A stretch of DNA of 64,000 bases from Candidatus Kaiserbacteria bacterium (GCA_027083345.1 JALWOZ010000012.1:4025-68024); one strand, 5' to 3'. Counted from the first letter of the stretch, positions 1 through 10,958 are shown. Made by a program: numbers and translations. The notes: generated from the letters alone by a model not told the origin.

Positions 1-2430
1 ATCTTGTGTATCTATATACTCTTTACTTATAACTTTATTAACTGATTGCATATTCTCTATAGATTTTAAAACTTGCAAATTGTATGCATCTTCCATTTCT
101 TTAAACAACCTCAAACCTTCTTTCTTATACTCAACTAAAGGATCCCTCTGACCATAAGCCCGTAAATTTACACTCTGCCTTGTGTAATCCATTAGCTCTA
201 TATGCTCTACCCACAACAGGTCTATGGTTTGTAATAATATAGACCTTAACATGTTATAAAATGCCTCCTCTCCTAATAAGTCCTTCTTTTCTTTTATTAA
301 ATCTTTAATATCTATATTTTTTGGTGCGAGTCTACTCGATATGGCTCTACTATTATCACTACCACTAATCATCTCGGGTAACTCGGCACTGTGGTTGTGT
401 ATCTCGTTATACCGAGCTATGTCCTCTAACTCCTTATCTAAATCTGTATTATCTCCAAACAATATCTTATTCCTTTTACCGTATACTTTATGTCTTTGTT
501 TGTTTAATATATCATCATAAGCTAATACCTGCTTTCTATTATCAAAATTAAATCCCTCTATCTTTGTTTGAGCACTCTCCAATGCTTTACTTATCATCTT
601 TTGCTCAATTGGCTCATCTTCAGGGATACCAAAACGCCCCATCATATTTTTTATCATATCACTGGCAAATATCCTCATTAGAGAGTCCTCTAACGATACA
701 AAAAACTGGGTCTCTCCCTCATCTCCTTGTCTGCCTGCCCTACCTCTTAACTGATTGTCTATTCTACGAGCCTCGTGACGCTCTGTACCCAAAACAAATA
801 GCCCACCCAAACCTTTAACCTCTTGCCTCTCTTCTTCAGTAGCGTCTGGTCCTCCTAATTTAATATCAACTCCACGTCCAGCCATATTCGTAGCTATAGT
901 TACAGCCCCTTTACGCCCAGCCATAGCTATTATCTCTCCCTCTCTCTCGTGATTCTTGGCATTAAGCACCTCATGCTTGATACCCTCCTTATCCAGATAT
1001 GCGCTTAGTAACTCATTAGTTTCAACTGACGCTGTACCTATTAAGATTGGTTGTCCATTGTTATGCACCTCAGCGACTTTACGAGCTATAGCTTTAAATT
1101 TCCCCTGCTGAGTTTGATAAATTAAATCATTCTTATCTATACGTTTTGGAGGAATATTTGTTGGAATCTCTACTGTATTTAGACCATAAACTTTAAAAAA
1201 CTCTTCGGAGCTAGTTACCGCTGTACCTGTCATGCCTGATAATTTTTTATACATCCTAAAGTAATTCTGATATGTTACAGATGCATAAGTCCTAGACTCT
1301 TTTTGAACTTCTACGCCCTCTTTAGCCTCTATTGCCTGATGTAGCCCTTCACTCCACCTTCTACCTGGTTGCATCCTACCGGTAAACTCATCTACTATTA
1401 TTACCTCACCATTTTTAACAACATAATCTTTGTCTCTTTTAAAAAGAGCTTCAGCTCTAACTGCGGTTTCTAAATGATGTACATACTTAATACCACCTTC
1501 TGCATATATATTATCTATCTTTAATATCTTTTCCGCTTTCTCTATGCCACTATCTTTTATCTGCACTGCTTTAAGCTTCTCGTCTACTTCATAGTCTGTA
1601 TCTCTCACTAATGTCTTAGCTATATTAGCAAAGGCTCTATAAAAATCTCCAGACTCAGAAGCTGGTGCGGAGATTATCAAAGGTGTACGAGCCTCATCTA
1701 TTAAAATTGAGTCTATCTCATCTATTATTGCAAAGTTAAAACCTCTCTGAGTAACATCTTCTATACTTTGCGCTATATTATCACGCAGGTAATCAAAGCC
1801 AAATTCACTGTTAGTACCATATGTTATATCTGCATTATAAGCCTCTTTACGAGTAACTGGTACCAATAACTCATCTTCTATTTTATAAGTACCTGTATCA
1901 TCTCGCTCTTTATCTACATCTCCACCTTGCTCTACACTCTTATACAAAAAAGACGCCTCGCTAACTATAACTCCAACCGATAAACCCAAAAATGCATATA
2001 TTTGCCCCATAAGTGCCGCATGTAGCTTTGCCAAATAGTCATTAACAGTAACTAGGTGTACACCTTTACCCTCTAAAGCATTTAAATATATAGGCATCGT
2101 GGCTACCAGAGTCTTACCCTCTCCTGTACGCATCTCAGCTATATCTCCATTATGAATCACAGCTCCACCTATCACCTGCACATCAAAAGGACGCATCCCT
2201 GTAGTACGCACAGATGTCTCTCTAACTACAGCAAACGCCTCAGGCAAGAGCATATCTAGAGTCTCTCCTTTGGACAATCTATCTTTAAACTCTTGAGTCT
2301 TAGCCTTTAATTCATCATCTGTTAACAACTTAATATTGGCCTCTAGTGCATTAACTACCGGCAAAACCTTCTTGGCAGTCTTAAATGCTTTAGAGTTCTC
2401 ATCTCCTAATATTGCTTTTAATATTGACAT
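1..2430 (-). CDS. secA: Preprotein translocase ATPase SecA (3' end runs off the window)
   Basis: Missing from the ORF track because it is open at the edge. Reverse-strand translation starts MSILKAILGDENSKAFK and contains EMRTGEGKT, YGTNSEFGFDYLRD, IIDEIDSILIDEARTPLIIS, ATNMAGRGVDI, RGRAGRQG. Confidence 0.97.
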   Translation of the reverse strand, partial: MSILKAILGDENSKAFKTAKKVLPVVNALEANIKLLTDDELKAKTQEFKDRLSKGETLDMLLPEAFAVVRETSVRTTGMRPFDVQVIGGAVIHNGDIAEMRTGEGKTLVATMPIYLNALEGKGVHLVTVNDYLAKLHAALMGQIYAFLGLSVGVIVSEASFLYKSVEQGGDVDKERDDTGTYKIEDELLVPVTRKEAYNADITYGTNSEFGFDYLRDNIAQSIEDVTQRGFNFAIIDEIDSILIDEARTPLIISAPASESGDFYRAFANIAKTLVRDTDYEVDEKLKAVQIKDSGIEKAEKILKIDNIYAEGGIKYVHHLETAVRAEALFKRDKDYVVKNGEVIIVDEFTGRMQPGRRWSEGLHQAIEAKEGVEVQKESRTYASVTYQNYFRMYKKLSGMTGTAVTSSEEFFKVYGLNTVEIPTNIPPKRIDKNDLIYQTQQGKFKAIARKVAEVHNNGQPILIGTASVETNELLSAYLDKEGIKHEVLNAKNHEREGEIIAMAGRKGAVTIATNMAGRGVDIKLGGPDATEEERQEVKGLGGLFVLGTERHEARRIDNQLRGRAGRQGDEGETQFFVSLEDSLMRIFASDMIKNMMGRFGIPEDEPIEQKMISKALESAQTKIEGFNFDNRKQVLAYDDILNKQRHKVYGKRNKILFGDNTDLDKELEDIARYNEIHNHSAELPEMISGSDNSRAISSRLAPKNIDIKDLIKEKKDLLGEEAFYNMLRSILLQTIDLLWVEHIELMDYTRQSVNLRAYGQRDPLVEYKKEGLRLFKEMEDAYNLQVLKSIENMQSVNKVISKEYIDTQD

Positions 2431-2443
2431 TTTACAAAGACTT

Positions 2444-2518
2444 CATACACAGAGCGGATGACGGGTGCTAGCTCCAAAACGAAAATAATGAGTGCCGCCG
2501 CCACCCGCTCTATGTACG
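2444..2518 (-). promoter_or_regulatory. Long hairpin in the secA 5' leader
   Basis: UACAUAGAGCGGGUGGCGG pairs fully with CCGUCAUCCGCUCUGUGUA only on the minus strand (three G-U pairs); lies between the promoter and the secA ATG. Confidence 0.65.
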
Positions 2519-2527
2519 ACACCGTAA

Positions 2528-2556
2528 AGTATAGCAATAATTACGCCTTGTGCCAA
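2528..2556 (-). promoter_or_regulatory. Sigma70-type promoter for secA
   Basis: TTGGCA-17 nt-TATACT with TG extension. Confidence 0.65.
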
Positions 2557-2576
2557 ACTATATATTGTTGTATAAT
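2548..2576 (+). promoter_or_regulatory. Divergent promoter, possibly driving a ~65-nt sRNA
   Basis: TTGTGC-17 nt-TATAAT. Confidence 0.4.
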
Positions 2577-2616
2577 ACTGTCGAGTGCCACTAAAGTGGA
2601 GCTTTAACGAAAATAC

Positions 2617-2647
2617 AAAAAAGACCGCCTTACGGCGGGCTTTTTTG
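2617..2647. terminator. Bidirectional intrinsic terminator
   Basis: AAAAAAGACCGCC-TTAC-GGCGGGCTTTTTT abutting the stop of the O-antigen ligase-like gene. Confidence 0.8.
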
Positions 2648-4555
2648 TTATAAGGATTGTCTCCTTTTACGAAGCTCTTCATCTACTCTTTTTAACAAAT
2701 TCTGTACTAACGTATTGTCTGGTACAAGTTTTAAAATACTTTCATAATATTCTTTAGACTTACTAAAGTCCCCTCTTAGCGCATAGTTATTACCTATAGA
2801 GGTTAGTATGCTAATCTTATTAGGAGATAACTCCAAAGCCTTTTGCAAAAACATGGCAGATAAATCATACTTGCCATAAGCGCGGAGCATGCCGGCTGTA
2901 AAGAATGGAAACCTAGCATCATTAGGATACTCATTCATCTGTAGTTGCATTTGTACCAAAGCAGAATTTGCAAATTGAGATTTAACCTTATCACTAATAC
3001 CTTTTACAGGAGCTAGCCTAGATGCAGTTTGTATAAATTGCTCTCTAGCTTCTTGAGTCCCTACAGAATTATAGCTTATTGCATCTAAAAATAACTCTCT
3101 CGATTTCTCTATCATAGAAGGACTTCTAGATGTTACCACAGCCTGCAGTAATGTCTTATTCTGTGCATATATAGGATAATTTAATAAGTATATTGATATT
3201 ATAGTTGTACTTAATACCACTATGAGTACAGTAGTGCGATATAATTTATTATTTGATAAACGGCTCTCTGCTATATCTGATATTGTATTATCACCTCCAG
3301 AAAATACTGAATGTAACCAAGCCAATAAAGAGAAAAATAATACATAACTAATCAAATTATCAAATACAAATAAATTATGTACACTGTAAGCCACTAGCAG
3401 ACTTATCAATAAACTCTTCTCTATAGAATCAAAATTTTTAAGTCGAAGCACCACTAAAAAAGTTGCCACGTATATTCCTAAATAAGCCAACAAACCCAGC
3501 GCCCCTGTTGCTATTAACCAATCTAATAGTATGTTGTGAGTCCTGTCGTACCATTGCTCAGCTTCATACATTCTAGGGTTATAATATTTATTAAAAACAT
3601 AATTAAAATTCTCCTGGCCCCACCCTAATATCGGCCTCTCTCCTACGCCCTTTAAAGCCGTACCCCAAACCATTAAACGCAAAGTTCCTGTAGAATGTCT
3701 ATCTTTTGTAGACAAAGACACATTAGCCAATCTGGAGAGCATGTTGTGATTTTGCACAAATGATGAATCTCTATTAAATAAAAAAATACCTGTTAATAAC
3801 ACAACTAAAGCTACAACTCCTATAGATATTTTGCGTAATAGCATATGACGCTCAGACCTAGCAAATACAATTGTCAACAATGCTAAGATTATTACACCTG
3901 CTACTAACCCAAGTAGTGCACCCCTTGTACCTGTATTCCATAAAACTACCGAATTTATCAAAATAAACAAACTGTATAACACTCTAGGCATTACCTCTTT
4001 ACTCTTGTAAAGAAAGAGACTTGCTAAAAATATATTAAATAGAGCATAAACCGCTAAGTATATTGGATTACCTGTAACTCCTGCTATACGCACTATACCA
4101 CCCGGTATCTCCAATAGAGCACCTAACCCCACTATTACACTAACAGCTAATGATACTTGCCAAAACCTCTCCCACAATTTACCTGAATTAAGAATGCTAC
4201 CCGCAACTATAAAATAAATATAAGAGTGCATCAAAGTAATAAACCCTTCCATACGCTCAAAATTACTCCAAAAACTCTTAAGAGGGGCCACTCCGACTAA
4301 ATCTGCAATGGCGACTATAACAACAAAAATACTCAGGGCCAGAGTAATAGGAGTCATCTTAGGCTTAGGCATCCCACCGAGTAACAATAAAGTCAACCAA
4401 CTACCGAATGCAACCTCTACCAAAATCCTAAATAATAAATTCTTACCTACTATATAAGGGAAGAAAGCCCAACTTGAAACATACAAAACAACAAAAGGTA
4501 TTGCAAATACACAAGCCAGTACCACTAAGCGTAACAATTTGCCTACATTACTCAT
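2648..4555 (-). CDS. O-antigen ligase (Wzy_C)-family membrane protein with C-terminal TPR
   Basis: Many TM helices, GNPIYLA, TGTRGA, PILGWGQENF and DRTHN motifs, TPR-like C-terminus. Confidence 0.85.
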   Translation of the reverse strand: MSNVGKLLRLVVLACVFAIPFVVLYVSSWAFFPYIVGKNLLFRILVEVAFGSWLTLLLLGGMPKPKMTPITLALSIFVVIVAIADLVGVAPLKSFWSNFERMEGFITLMHSYIYFIVAGSILNSGKLWERFWQVSLAVSVIVGLGALLEIPGGIVRIAGVTGNPIYLAVYALFNIFLASLFLYKSKEVMPRVLYSLFILINSVVLWNTGTRGALLGLVAGVIILALLTIVFARSERHMLLRKISIGVVALVVLLTGIFLFNRDSSFVQNHNMLSRLANVSLSTKDRHSTGTLRLMVWGTALKGVGERPILGWGQENFNYVFNKYYNPRMYEAEQWYDRTHNILLDWLIATGALGLLAYLGIYVATFLVVLRLKNFDSIEKSLLISLLVAYSVHNLFVFDNLISYVLFFSLLAWLHSVFSGGDNTISDIAESRLSNNKLYRTTVLIVVLSTTIISIYLLNYPIYAQNKTLLQAVVTSRSPSMIEKSRELFLDAISYNSVGTQEAREQFIQTASRLAPVKGISDKVKSQFANSALVQMQLQMNEYPNDARFPFFTAGMLRAYGKYDLSAMFLQKALELSPNKISILTSIGNNYALRGDFSKSKEYYESILKLVPDNTLVQNLLKRVDEELRKRRQSL

Positions 4556-4602
4556 TTAGCTAACATTGTAACAAGAACAACTAATATAACAAATATACTT
4601 AA

Positions 4603-6048
4603 CTATACTGCATTACGCACAAACATAGGTACTGAAGCCAAACCTATTATAGACAATAGACCTAAAAACCATCTAAGAGAGCCTTTAGGTAATACACCAA
4701 CGGATTTGACGCTCTCGCCAGACTTGTCTGTACTTGCATTAGGTATAGCTACTAAATCTTTTTTAACGACACTCACTACTCTTTTAGTTTTTAAATCTGG
4801 TTTTACTGTACGACTCTTTATGTGTCTACCTATTGCATAAATATTACCTTCTCGAGCTATAGTACTGTGAGTAGTTTTAATCTCAGTGTTAGTATCAACA
4901 TTACTATTTGTAAGCCCTGTATTTGTATTGTCAAACATGGTTTCTACTTTATCCTCTTTAAATGTAGAGGTGGAGGTTGAGATCGACTCCTTAACATTCT
5001 CTGCCTCTGGTTTTATACTACTGTCAATCACTCTCTTACCTAAAGCATTTATAAGCTGAGCCTTACTACCATATCTCTCTATGTCTATACCCATAACTCC
5101 TTCCGTTATCTTCATTATGCCATGAGCTGAAATTATAGAGTGTCTGGGTATATTAAAATCCTTATATCCAAACCTTATACGCCAACCATTTAACTCCACA
5201 GGTATATTTAAATTATTAACAATTTCTATATAGTGTTTATCTCTTGAGACAAATAGTCCGAAGTTAGGCTCAACCACATCAATATTAAATTTAGTATTAG
5301 CTTGCAATGTATCTTTTTTAGTATTTATATTAACTACATATGTACCTGTCAAACCATATAGATATTTATTAGCACAGGACCCTCTATCCGACCCATCTCC
5401 AAAAGTGATATAGCACTCAACATTTGTAATCTTACCTGTGGCATCATAGACCTCCGGCTCTATATAAACATTACTGCCCAATATTATCTGCATATCATCT
5501 ATACTCCTTACCTCAATATCTTGAGGAGGCTGTATCTCTACCGTATTCCATTTTGTAACCTCTTTATAAGTAGTTACAACACTGTGATCTTGTGTTGTTG
5601 AGCTGTCTACAACACTATTGTTACCTAAAGTAAAAGGTCCACTACCCGGCGTAGGGTCTCCCACCTGCCATGTACCATCTAATTGCTTTTGTAGAGACTT
5701 GCCCTCGTCATCTTTATTGTGGGTATATTTAATTTTATCTAGCAACTCTACAAAGTGATCGCCACTGCTGTTATACAATACTAAATTAGGGTCTAAATTA
5801 TCATTGTTTAATATTAAATATTCCCCAGGGTCAATGGTTGATACCTGCAAAGAGTTAATCTTCTTACCATCATCTATTTTTAATTTTAAACCTGTTAAGT
5901 CGTATACCTCATTACTATTATTAAAAATCTCTACAAATTCATTACCGCTTTCCGAGCCTGTAGGATCATGAAAAATCTCAGTAATAACAATATCTCCCAG
6001 TACTATATTTGGCAAAAATAATAAAAATATACCTAATAACCACCGCAT
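4603..6048 (-). CDS. Secreted/anchored lamin-tail-domain protein with PKD-like segment
   Basis: Signal peptide, IVITEIFHDP..NEFVEIFN, TPG motif, FGDG, C-terminal TM. Confidence 0.7.
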   Translation of the reverse strand: MRWLLGIFLLFLPNIVLGDIVITEIFHDPTGSESGNEFVEIFNNSNEVYDLTGLKLKIDDGKKINSLQVSTIDPGEYLILNNDNLDPNLVLYNSSGDHFVELLDKIKYTHNKDDEGKSLQKQLDGTWQVGDPTPGSGPFTLGNNSVVDSSTTQDHSVVTTYKEVTKWNTVEIQPPQDIEVRSIDDMQIILGSNVYIEPEVYDATGKITNVECYITFGDGSDRGSCANKYLYGLTGTYVVNINTKKDTLQANTKFNIDVVEPNFGLFVSRDKHYIEIVNNLNIPVELNGWRIRFGYKDFNIPRHSIISAHGIMKITEGVMGIDIERYGSKAQLINALGKRVIDSSIKPEAENVKESISTSTSTFKEDKVETMFDNTNTGLTNSNVDTNTEIKTTHSTIAREGNIYAIGRHIKSRTVKPDLKTKRVVSVVKKDLVAIPNASTDKSGESVKSVGVLPKGSLRWFLGLLSIIGLASVPMFVRNAV

Positions 6049-6054
6049 AACTTG

Positions 6055-7641
6055 CTAATCTTTTAAGATAGATCTTAAATCCTCCTCAGAGACCTCATTA
6101 ACTGATTGTACTTTTTGCTCTTCTTTTACTTGAGTAATCTTTTGTATAGCCAACCTTAACTCATTATTAATATCTTGCTTGGTCTCTTTCTTATCAGTAT
6201 TTTGTTTCTTAGATTTCGTGGTGATACTCTTATTGCTTTTTCTGTTGATAGAAGGACTTCGTTTTTTATTATCCTTATTCCCCTTATTAATATTTGTTTG
6301 TCTATTGGATTGCTTAGTTGGTATTAATCCCATCTTATCTATAAAAGCCTCCACATCAGCTTTAGGCTTTGCATATTTAGCTCTTGAGCTATCTATTATT
6401 TCTTTAACAAAAGTTACCTTAGATGCCACTATGGGCTCTATAGTCCTAGCAGAAAAAGGGGCAGATCCTATGCCATCTATCATCAGAGTTAAATATACTT
6501 GTGCAAAACCTAAATTAACTATGTCATCGGCAAAGAATGTCGGCTTATACATAGTCTCTAATACCTGTGCATCAAAAGGACCTACTCTAAATGTTATTGT
6601 TGTACCAACATTACCGAAAACGGCATTACGTATATTCTCCTCCATTTGCTCTACATATTGATGGGCTATTATAAGTGCCAACTTATACTTACGAGCCTCA
6701 GATAAAATATTTGCAAAAGAATCATTAACAACTGATTGGAATTCATCCACATACAAATAAAACGGTGGTAGAGAAGCTAACTCTAACTCACTTTGTTCAG
6801 CTCTGCTCATAGCAGATAGGTACATTTTAGTTACTAACATTGAACCTATCAAATCGGCATTTTGCTCTCCCATACGACCTTTAGACAAGTTGATTATAAA
6901 TATCTTTTTGTTGTCCATTAACTTTCTTATATTAAAAGTTGAGTCTGGCTGGGCTATAATATTGCGCACCAAAGGGTTAGAAACAAATTGCCCAATCTTA
7001 TTCTGTATAGCTGGAGTGGCCTCTTGAGCATACCTGTCGGTATAACCGGCAAACTCCACCTTCCAAAACTCCAATACTACAGGGTCTGTAACCTTATCTA
7101 AGACTTTATTGCGAAACTCTTTATTTATGAGCATCCTATTTATGTCTATTAATGTTGAATCCGGATACTCAAGTAAAGCTAATAAGACATTCTGTAATAT
7201 ATATTCCATCCTTGCACTCCAAGCATCTACCCAAACCCTCTTAAAGGCACTCATCAAACCAGCTACGACTAGGTGCCTCTTATCAAAACCAACATCTTCT
7301 AACACATTAAACCCTATGGGATTGTCTGTATCAAAAGGGGCAAAATATAATACATCTTTCACCCTATCTTGAGGCACAAATTCTAAAAGCTTCTCGGCCG
7401 CAGAGCCGTGTGGATCTATAAAACACATGCCCTCACCATTTTGGATATCTTGTATAGCCATATTCTCCAATAAAGTAGACTTGCCCATACCTGTCTTACC
7501 TATCACATACATATGTCGCAATCTGTCGTCAGGCTTTATACCGAAAGGTACATGTCTACCTCTAACATCTGTCATGCCAAAATAATTTATCTTACCATCT
7601 AATCTAGTATTAGAATTCAACTTAGCGTCTGTCTCATTCAT
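6055..7641 (-). CDS. VirD4/TraD/HerA-like coupling ATPase (common CPR family)
   Basis: HMYVIGKTGMGKS Walker A, IDPHG, LYVDEFQ Walker B, SEARKY. Confidence 0.85.
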   Translation of the reverse strand: MNETDAKLNSNTRLDGKINYFGMTDVRGRHVPFGIKPDDRLRHMYVIGKTGMGKSTLLENMAIQDIQNGEGMCFIDPHGSAAEKLLEFVPQDRVKDVLYFAPFDTDNPIGFNVLEDVGFDKRHLVVAGLMSAFKRVWVDAWSARMEYILQNVLLALLEYPDSTLIDINRMLINKEFRNKVLDKVTDPVVLEFWKVEFAGYTDRYAQEATPAIQNKIGQFVSNPLVRNIIAQPDSTFNIRKLMDNKKIFIINLSKGRMGEQNADLIGSMLVTKMYLSAMSRAEQSELELASLPPFYLYVDEFQSVVNDSFANILSEARKYKLALIIAHQYVEQMEENIRNAVFGNVGTTITFRVGPFDAQVLETMYKPTFFADDIVNLGFAQVYLTLMIDGIGSAPFSARTIEPIVASKVTFVKEIIDSSRAKYAKPKADVEAFIDKMGLIPTKQSNRQTNINKGNKDNKKRSPSINRKSNKSITTKSKKQNTDKKETKQDINNELRLAIQKITQVKEEQKVQSVNEVSEEDLRSILKD

Positions 7642-7687
7642 ACATTTTATTATACCAGAGATTTATAATCTGCTATACTATATTTAT

Positions 7688-9589
7688 ATGCGCATATTAA
7701 CCGTATTACCTATTACTAATAACCAATATATAGAGGATCTATCCTACTTCTCTATTAAAGATATACCCTTGGGTGCTATTGTGGAAGCCCCTATTAAAGA
7801 TAAGTACATATCGGCAATAGTTATAGATAGTGTCGATGCCTCAAATATAAAAGCATCTATAAAGAGTAGCGACTTTGCATTAAAAAGGATAGGAGTAGCA
7901 CAACACAAAGAGATTTTACCGATAGAATTTGTACGTACGGCATCTATAATAGCTAACTACTATGCTACAAATATAGGCTCTGTCATCTACTCTATGTTAC
8001 CAAAATTTATATCAGATATAGACAATAGTACACATAAAAATATAACACATAAAAACTCTCTCTCTGAAGTATACGCTCTACAGGCCCCACTCAATGATAG
8101 GATATCTATATATAAAAATACAATAAGAGAGGCTTTTGCAAAGAAAGAATCAGTACTGATGGTATTACCCACTGTGGTATCTGCAATCTCAATATACGAA
8201 CACCTGTCTACCAACTTAAGAGATAGAGTCTACATATTAAATAACAAAACACCAAAAAGTAGGCAGGCAAAAATTTTTAATAAAATCCATGCTTCAACAA
8301 AATCTGTATTACTAATATCTACACCAAAGTACGCCACTTTATTTAGATCAGACATAAGCACAATAATAATAGAGGATGAATCCTCTGATGCCTACAATAC
8401 TTTAAAACGCCCATATATAAATATGGCCAAATTCATAGAGACTTACGCTAATCTATCAAAATTAAAATTGATTTTTGGAGGGACTGTGCTCTCCAGCAAA
8501 ATCAATTTAGAGTTAGATAAAGGTACTATCTCAGAACTAACTCCAAAATCAACAAGAGACAGAAATAAGACGAAAATAAAAATCTTAGATACAAGAAAAG
8601 AACTTGGCAGAAAAGAAAATACAAAAAAAAGCCTAAAACAAGCTGAAGTTAATTGTTTTAATCCAATTGATAACCGCCTAAGAAAAGTTATATACACAAC
8701 CATCTCTAAAGAAAAAAATGTGTTTATACTTGCTCCCAGACGGGGATTAGCACCACTTACAGTGTGTAGAGACTGTAAAACTCCGGTATTATGCTCTACA
8801 TGTAATACTCCCATAACTCTCCGCACAACCAAAACACAAAGAGAATTTTTATGTTATAAATGTGGAGAGACTAAAGACTCAGACACTACTTGCTCATATT
8901 GTAATAGCTGGAGACTAGATACTCTTGGTATAGGTATAGAGTTAATAGAAAAAGAACTGAAGAAAGAATTCAAAGTCAATATAACACGCATAGACAAGCA
9001 AACCACAAAAACCGACTCGCAAATACAAAGTGCCATAAATAGGTTTAATTCTAAGGGTGGCATCTTATTGGGCACGCAACTTGCTATACCACACCTACAT
9101 AAAATACCAATAGAGATATCAGCAATAGCTTCTCTAGACTCAATGTTATCTATACCTAATTTTGAGATAGATGAGAGAATATTCTCTCTCCTATTGCAAA
9201 TAAAAAACCTAACAAACAATACCCTATATATACAAACCCGACTCCCAGATAAAGAGGTTCTGACTCGCGCTCAAGAAGGAGACATTTCTAGATTTATGCG
9301 TGAAGAGCTAAAATTACGTAAAGAACTTAAGTATCCTCCCTTTACCGTTATGATAAGAATTACAGCTACTGGTAGTAAGAAAAGTATAATAGAGCAATTC
9401 CAAAATATTATGCCTAAAATAAAACCTTATAAACCTAGAATATTTAAACAATTTTATCAACTCTCCCCCAATAAATTCGCTCTACATGCATTACTACGTA
9501 TACCTACAAACAAATATCCTAATACTGAACTCGTAGAGATATTAAAAAACATCCAACCAACATTTGAGGTTAAGGTTAATATAGAGTAA
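7688..9589 (+). CDS. priA: Primosomal protein N' (degenerate helicase motifs)
   Basis: Four CxxC motifs after RRG, GIGIE, RID, YPPF; no intact Walker A. Confidence 0.85.
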   Translation: MRILTVLPITNNQYIEDLSYFSIKDIPLGAIVEAPIKDKYISAIVIDSVDASNIKASIKSSDFALKRIGVAQHKEILPIEFVRTASIIANYYATNIGSVIYSMLPKFISDIDNSTHKNITHKNSLSEVYALQAPLNDRISIYKNTIREAFAKKESVLMVLPTVVSAISIYEHLSTNLRDRVYILNNKTPKSRQAKIFNKIHASTKSVLLISTPKYATLFRSDISTIIIEDESSDAYNTLKRPYINMAKFIETYANLSKLKLIFGGTVLSSKINLELDKGTISELTPKSTRDRNKTKIKILDTRKELGRKENTKKSLKQAEVNCFNPIDNRLRKVIYTTISKEKNVFILAPRRGLAPLTVCRDCKTPVLCSTCNTPITLRTTKTQREFLCYKCGETKDSDTTCSYCNSWRLDTLGIGIELIEKELKKEFKVNITRIDKQTTKTDSQIQSAINRFNSKGGILLGTQLAIPHLHKIPIEISAIASLDSMLSIPNFEIDERIFSLLLQIKNLTNNTLYIQTRLPDKEVLTRAQEGDISRFMREELKLRKELKYPPFTVMIRITATGSKKSIIEQFQNIMPKIKPYKPRIFKQFYQLSPNKFALHALLRIPTNKYPNTELVEILKNIQPTFEVKVNIE

Positions 9590-9638
9590 ATGTAGTGTTG
9601 TGCATTTCGGAGCTCTTATCACAATAAGAGCGAAGTAG

Positions 9639-9721
9639 TGCGCCGAGTAGGATTCGAACCTACGTAGGCAATTGCCAACCGGGTTACAGCCGGTCCCATT
9701 TAACCACTCTGGCATCGACGC
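9639..9721 (-). tRNA. tRNA-Tyr(GTA), CCA not encoded
   Basis: Acceptor GCGTCGA/TCGGCGC, anticodon arm ACCGG-CTGTAAC-CCGGT, long variable arm, GTTCGAATC T-loop. Confidence 0.95.
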
Positions 9722-9755
9722 ATTGTCAAAATAGACTTAAGTAGTGTACCAGACT

Positions 9756-10958
9756 CTAGTAATTCTTCAACTGATTGGCGTAAGTATGTGTACGCATCTT
9801 CTCTAATGCTTTGGCCTCTATTTGCCTTATACGCTCGCGAGTAACACCAAAAACTTTACCCACCTCCTCTAATGTATGACATACTCCATCTTCTATACCA
9901 TTACGCAATTCTAATATTTTACGCTCTTTAGGAGAGAGTTCGTTAAGTACCTCTTGTAAATGATTATTTAATATTCTCTTGGCTGCACCTCTATCTGGAG
10001 ACTCTATTGAGTCATCAGTTTGAAATGACCCTAAAGTACTCTTAGTACCATCATCATCGTTACCAACAGGAGCCTCTAAAGACAAAGTCATTTGATTTAT
10101 CTTTTGTATATGGTAAACCTTCTCTACCTCTAAGCCCATCTCAACTGCTACCTCTTCAGCCAAAGGTTCTCTACCCAAATGCTGACTAAGTTCACGCAGT
10201 TTTTGTTTATATTTAGCTATAGTCTCTACCATGTGTACAGGAATACGTATAGTACGACTCTGGTCTGCTAAAGCGCGTGTAATAGCTTGACGAATCCACC
10301 AAGTCGCATATGTAGAGAATTTATAACCTTTTTTATAATCAAACTTATCAACAGCTTTAAAAAGCCCCAAATTTCCCTCTTGTATGAGGTCTAGTAAAGT
10401 AAGATCAGGAGACCTGTTTGCGTACTTCTTAGCTATAGATACTACTAATCTGAGATTGGATCGTGCTAAAAGATTGCGAGCCTCATCATCTCCCGTCTCA
10501 ATCCTCTTAGCCAGCCTCACTTCATCTGCTGCCGTAAGTAGAGGATATTGCCCTATCTCTCTTAAATACATTTGTACAGAGTCTCCACTACCATCACGCC
10601 CTTTTAATCTTTTACTCTCAAGTACAGCATCTGTCTCGGTGTCCTCACCTAACATACTACCACTCTCCAAAACATCTATACCAGCTATCTGAAAGTCGTC
10701 ATATAATTGTTCTAAAAACGAAACATCATCTTCTATAGTAGGGAAATCGTGGAGTATCTCATCGTAAGTAATATATCCTCTATTCTTACCCTTTGTCAAT
10801 ATCGCATTCTTGCGAACCTTTTTGTCTTTCTCAGTCAACCTTTTTGGACGAGTTATTACCTTTTTCTTATCAGACTTCTTTGCTGTAGCCTTTACACCCT
10901 TCTTAGCAATGCGAGTTTTCTTTTTTGTGTTTTTTGTATTTGTTTTTTTTACTGCCAT
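9756..10958 (-). CDS. rpoD: RNA polymerase primary sigma factor
   Basis: [52 protein letters not shown]; start chosen at MAVKK. Confidence 0.97.
   Translation of the reverse strand: MAVKKTNTKNTKKKTRIAKKGVKATAKKSDKKKVITRPKRLTEKDKKVRKNAILTKGKNRGYITYDEILHDFPTIEDDVSFLEQLYDDFQIAGIDVLESGSMLGEDTETDAVLESKRLKGRDGSGDSVQMYLREIGQYPLLTAADEVRLAKRIETGDDEARNLLARSNLRLVVSIAKKYANRSPDLTLLDLIQEGNLGLFKAVDKFDYKKGYKFSTYATWWIRQAITRALADQSRTIRIPVHMVETIAKYKQKLRELSQHLGREPLAEEVAVEMGLEVEKVYHIQKINQMTLSLEAPVGNDDDGTKSTLGSFQTDDSIESPDRGAAKRILNNHLQEVLNELSPKERKILELRNGIEDGVCHTLEEVGKVFGVTRERIRQIEAKALEKMRTHTYANQLKNY

Noticed and set aside
2443..2682. 79-aa minus-strand ORF upstream of secA as a SecM-like leader peptide
   Set aside because: It crosses a terminator and two promoter motifs, overlaps the previous gene's end and has no recognisable features
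6055..7641. VirD4-like ATPase as evidence of a conjugative element
   Set aside because: No relaxase, VirB genes or integrase nearby, host-like composition, and the family is common in CPR chromosomes
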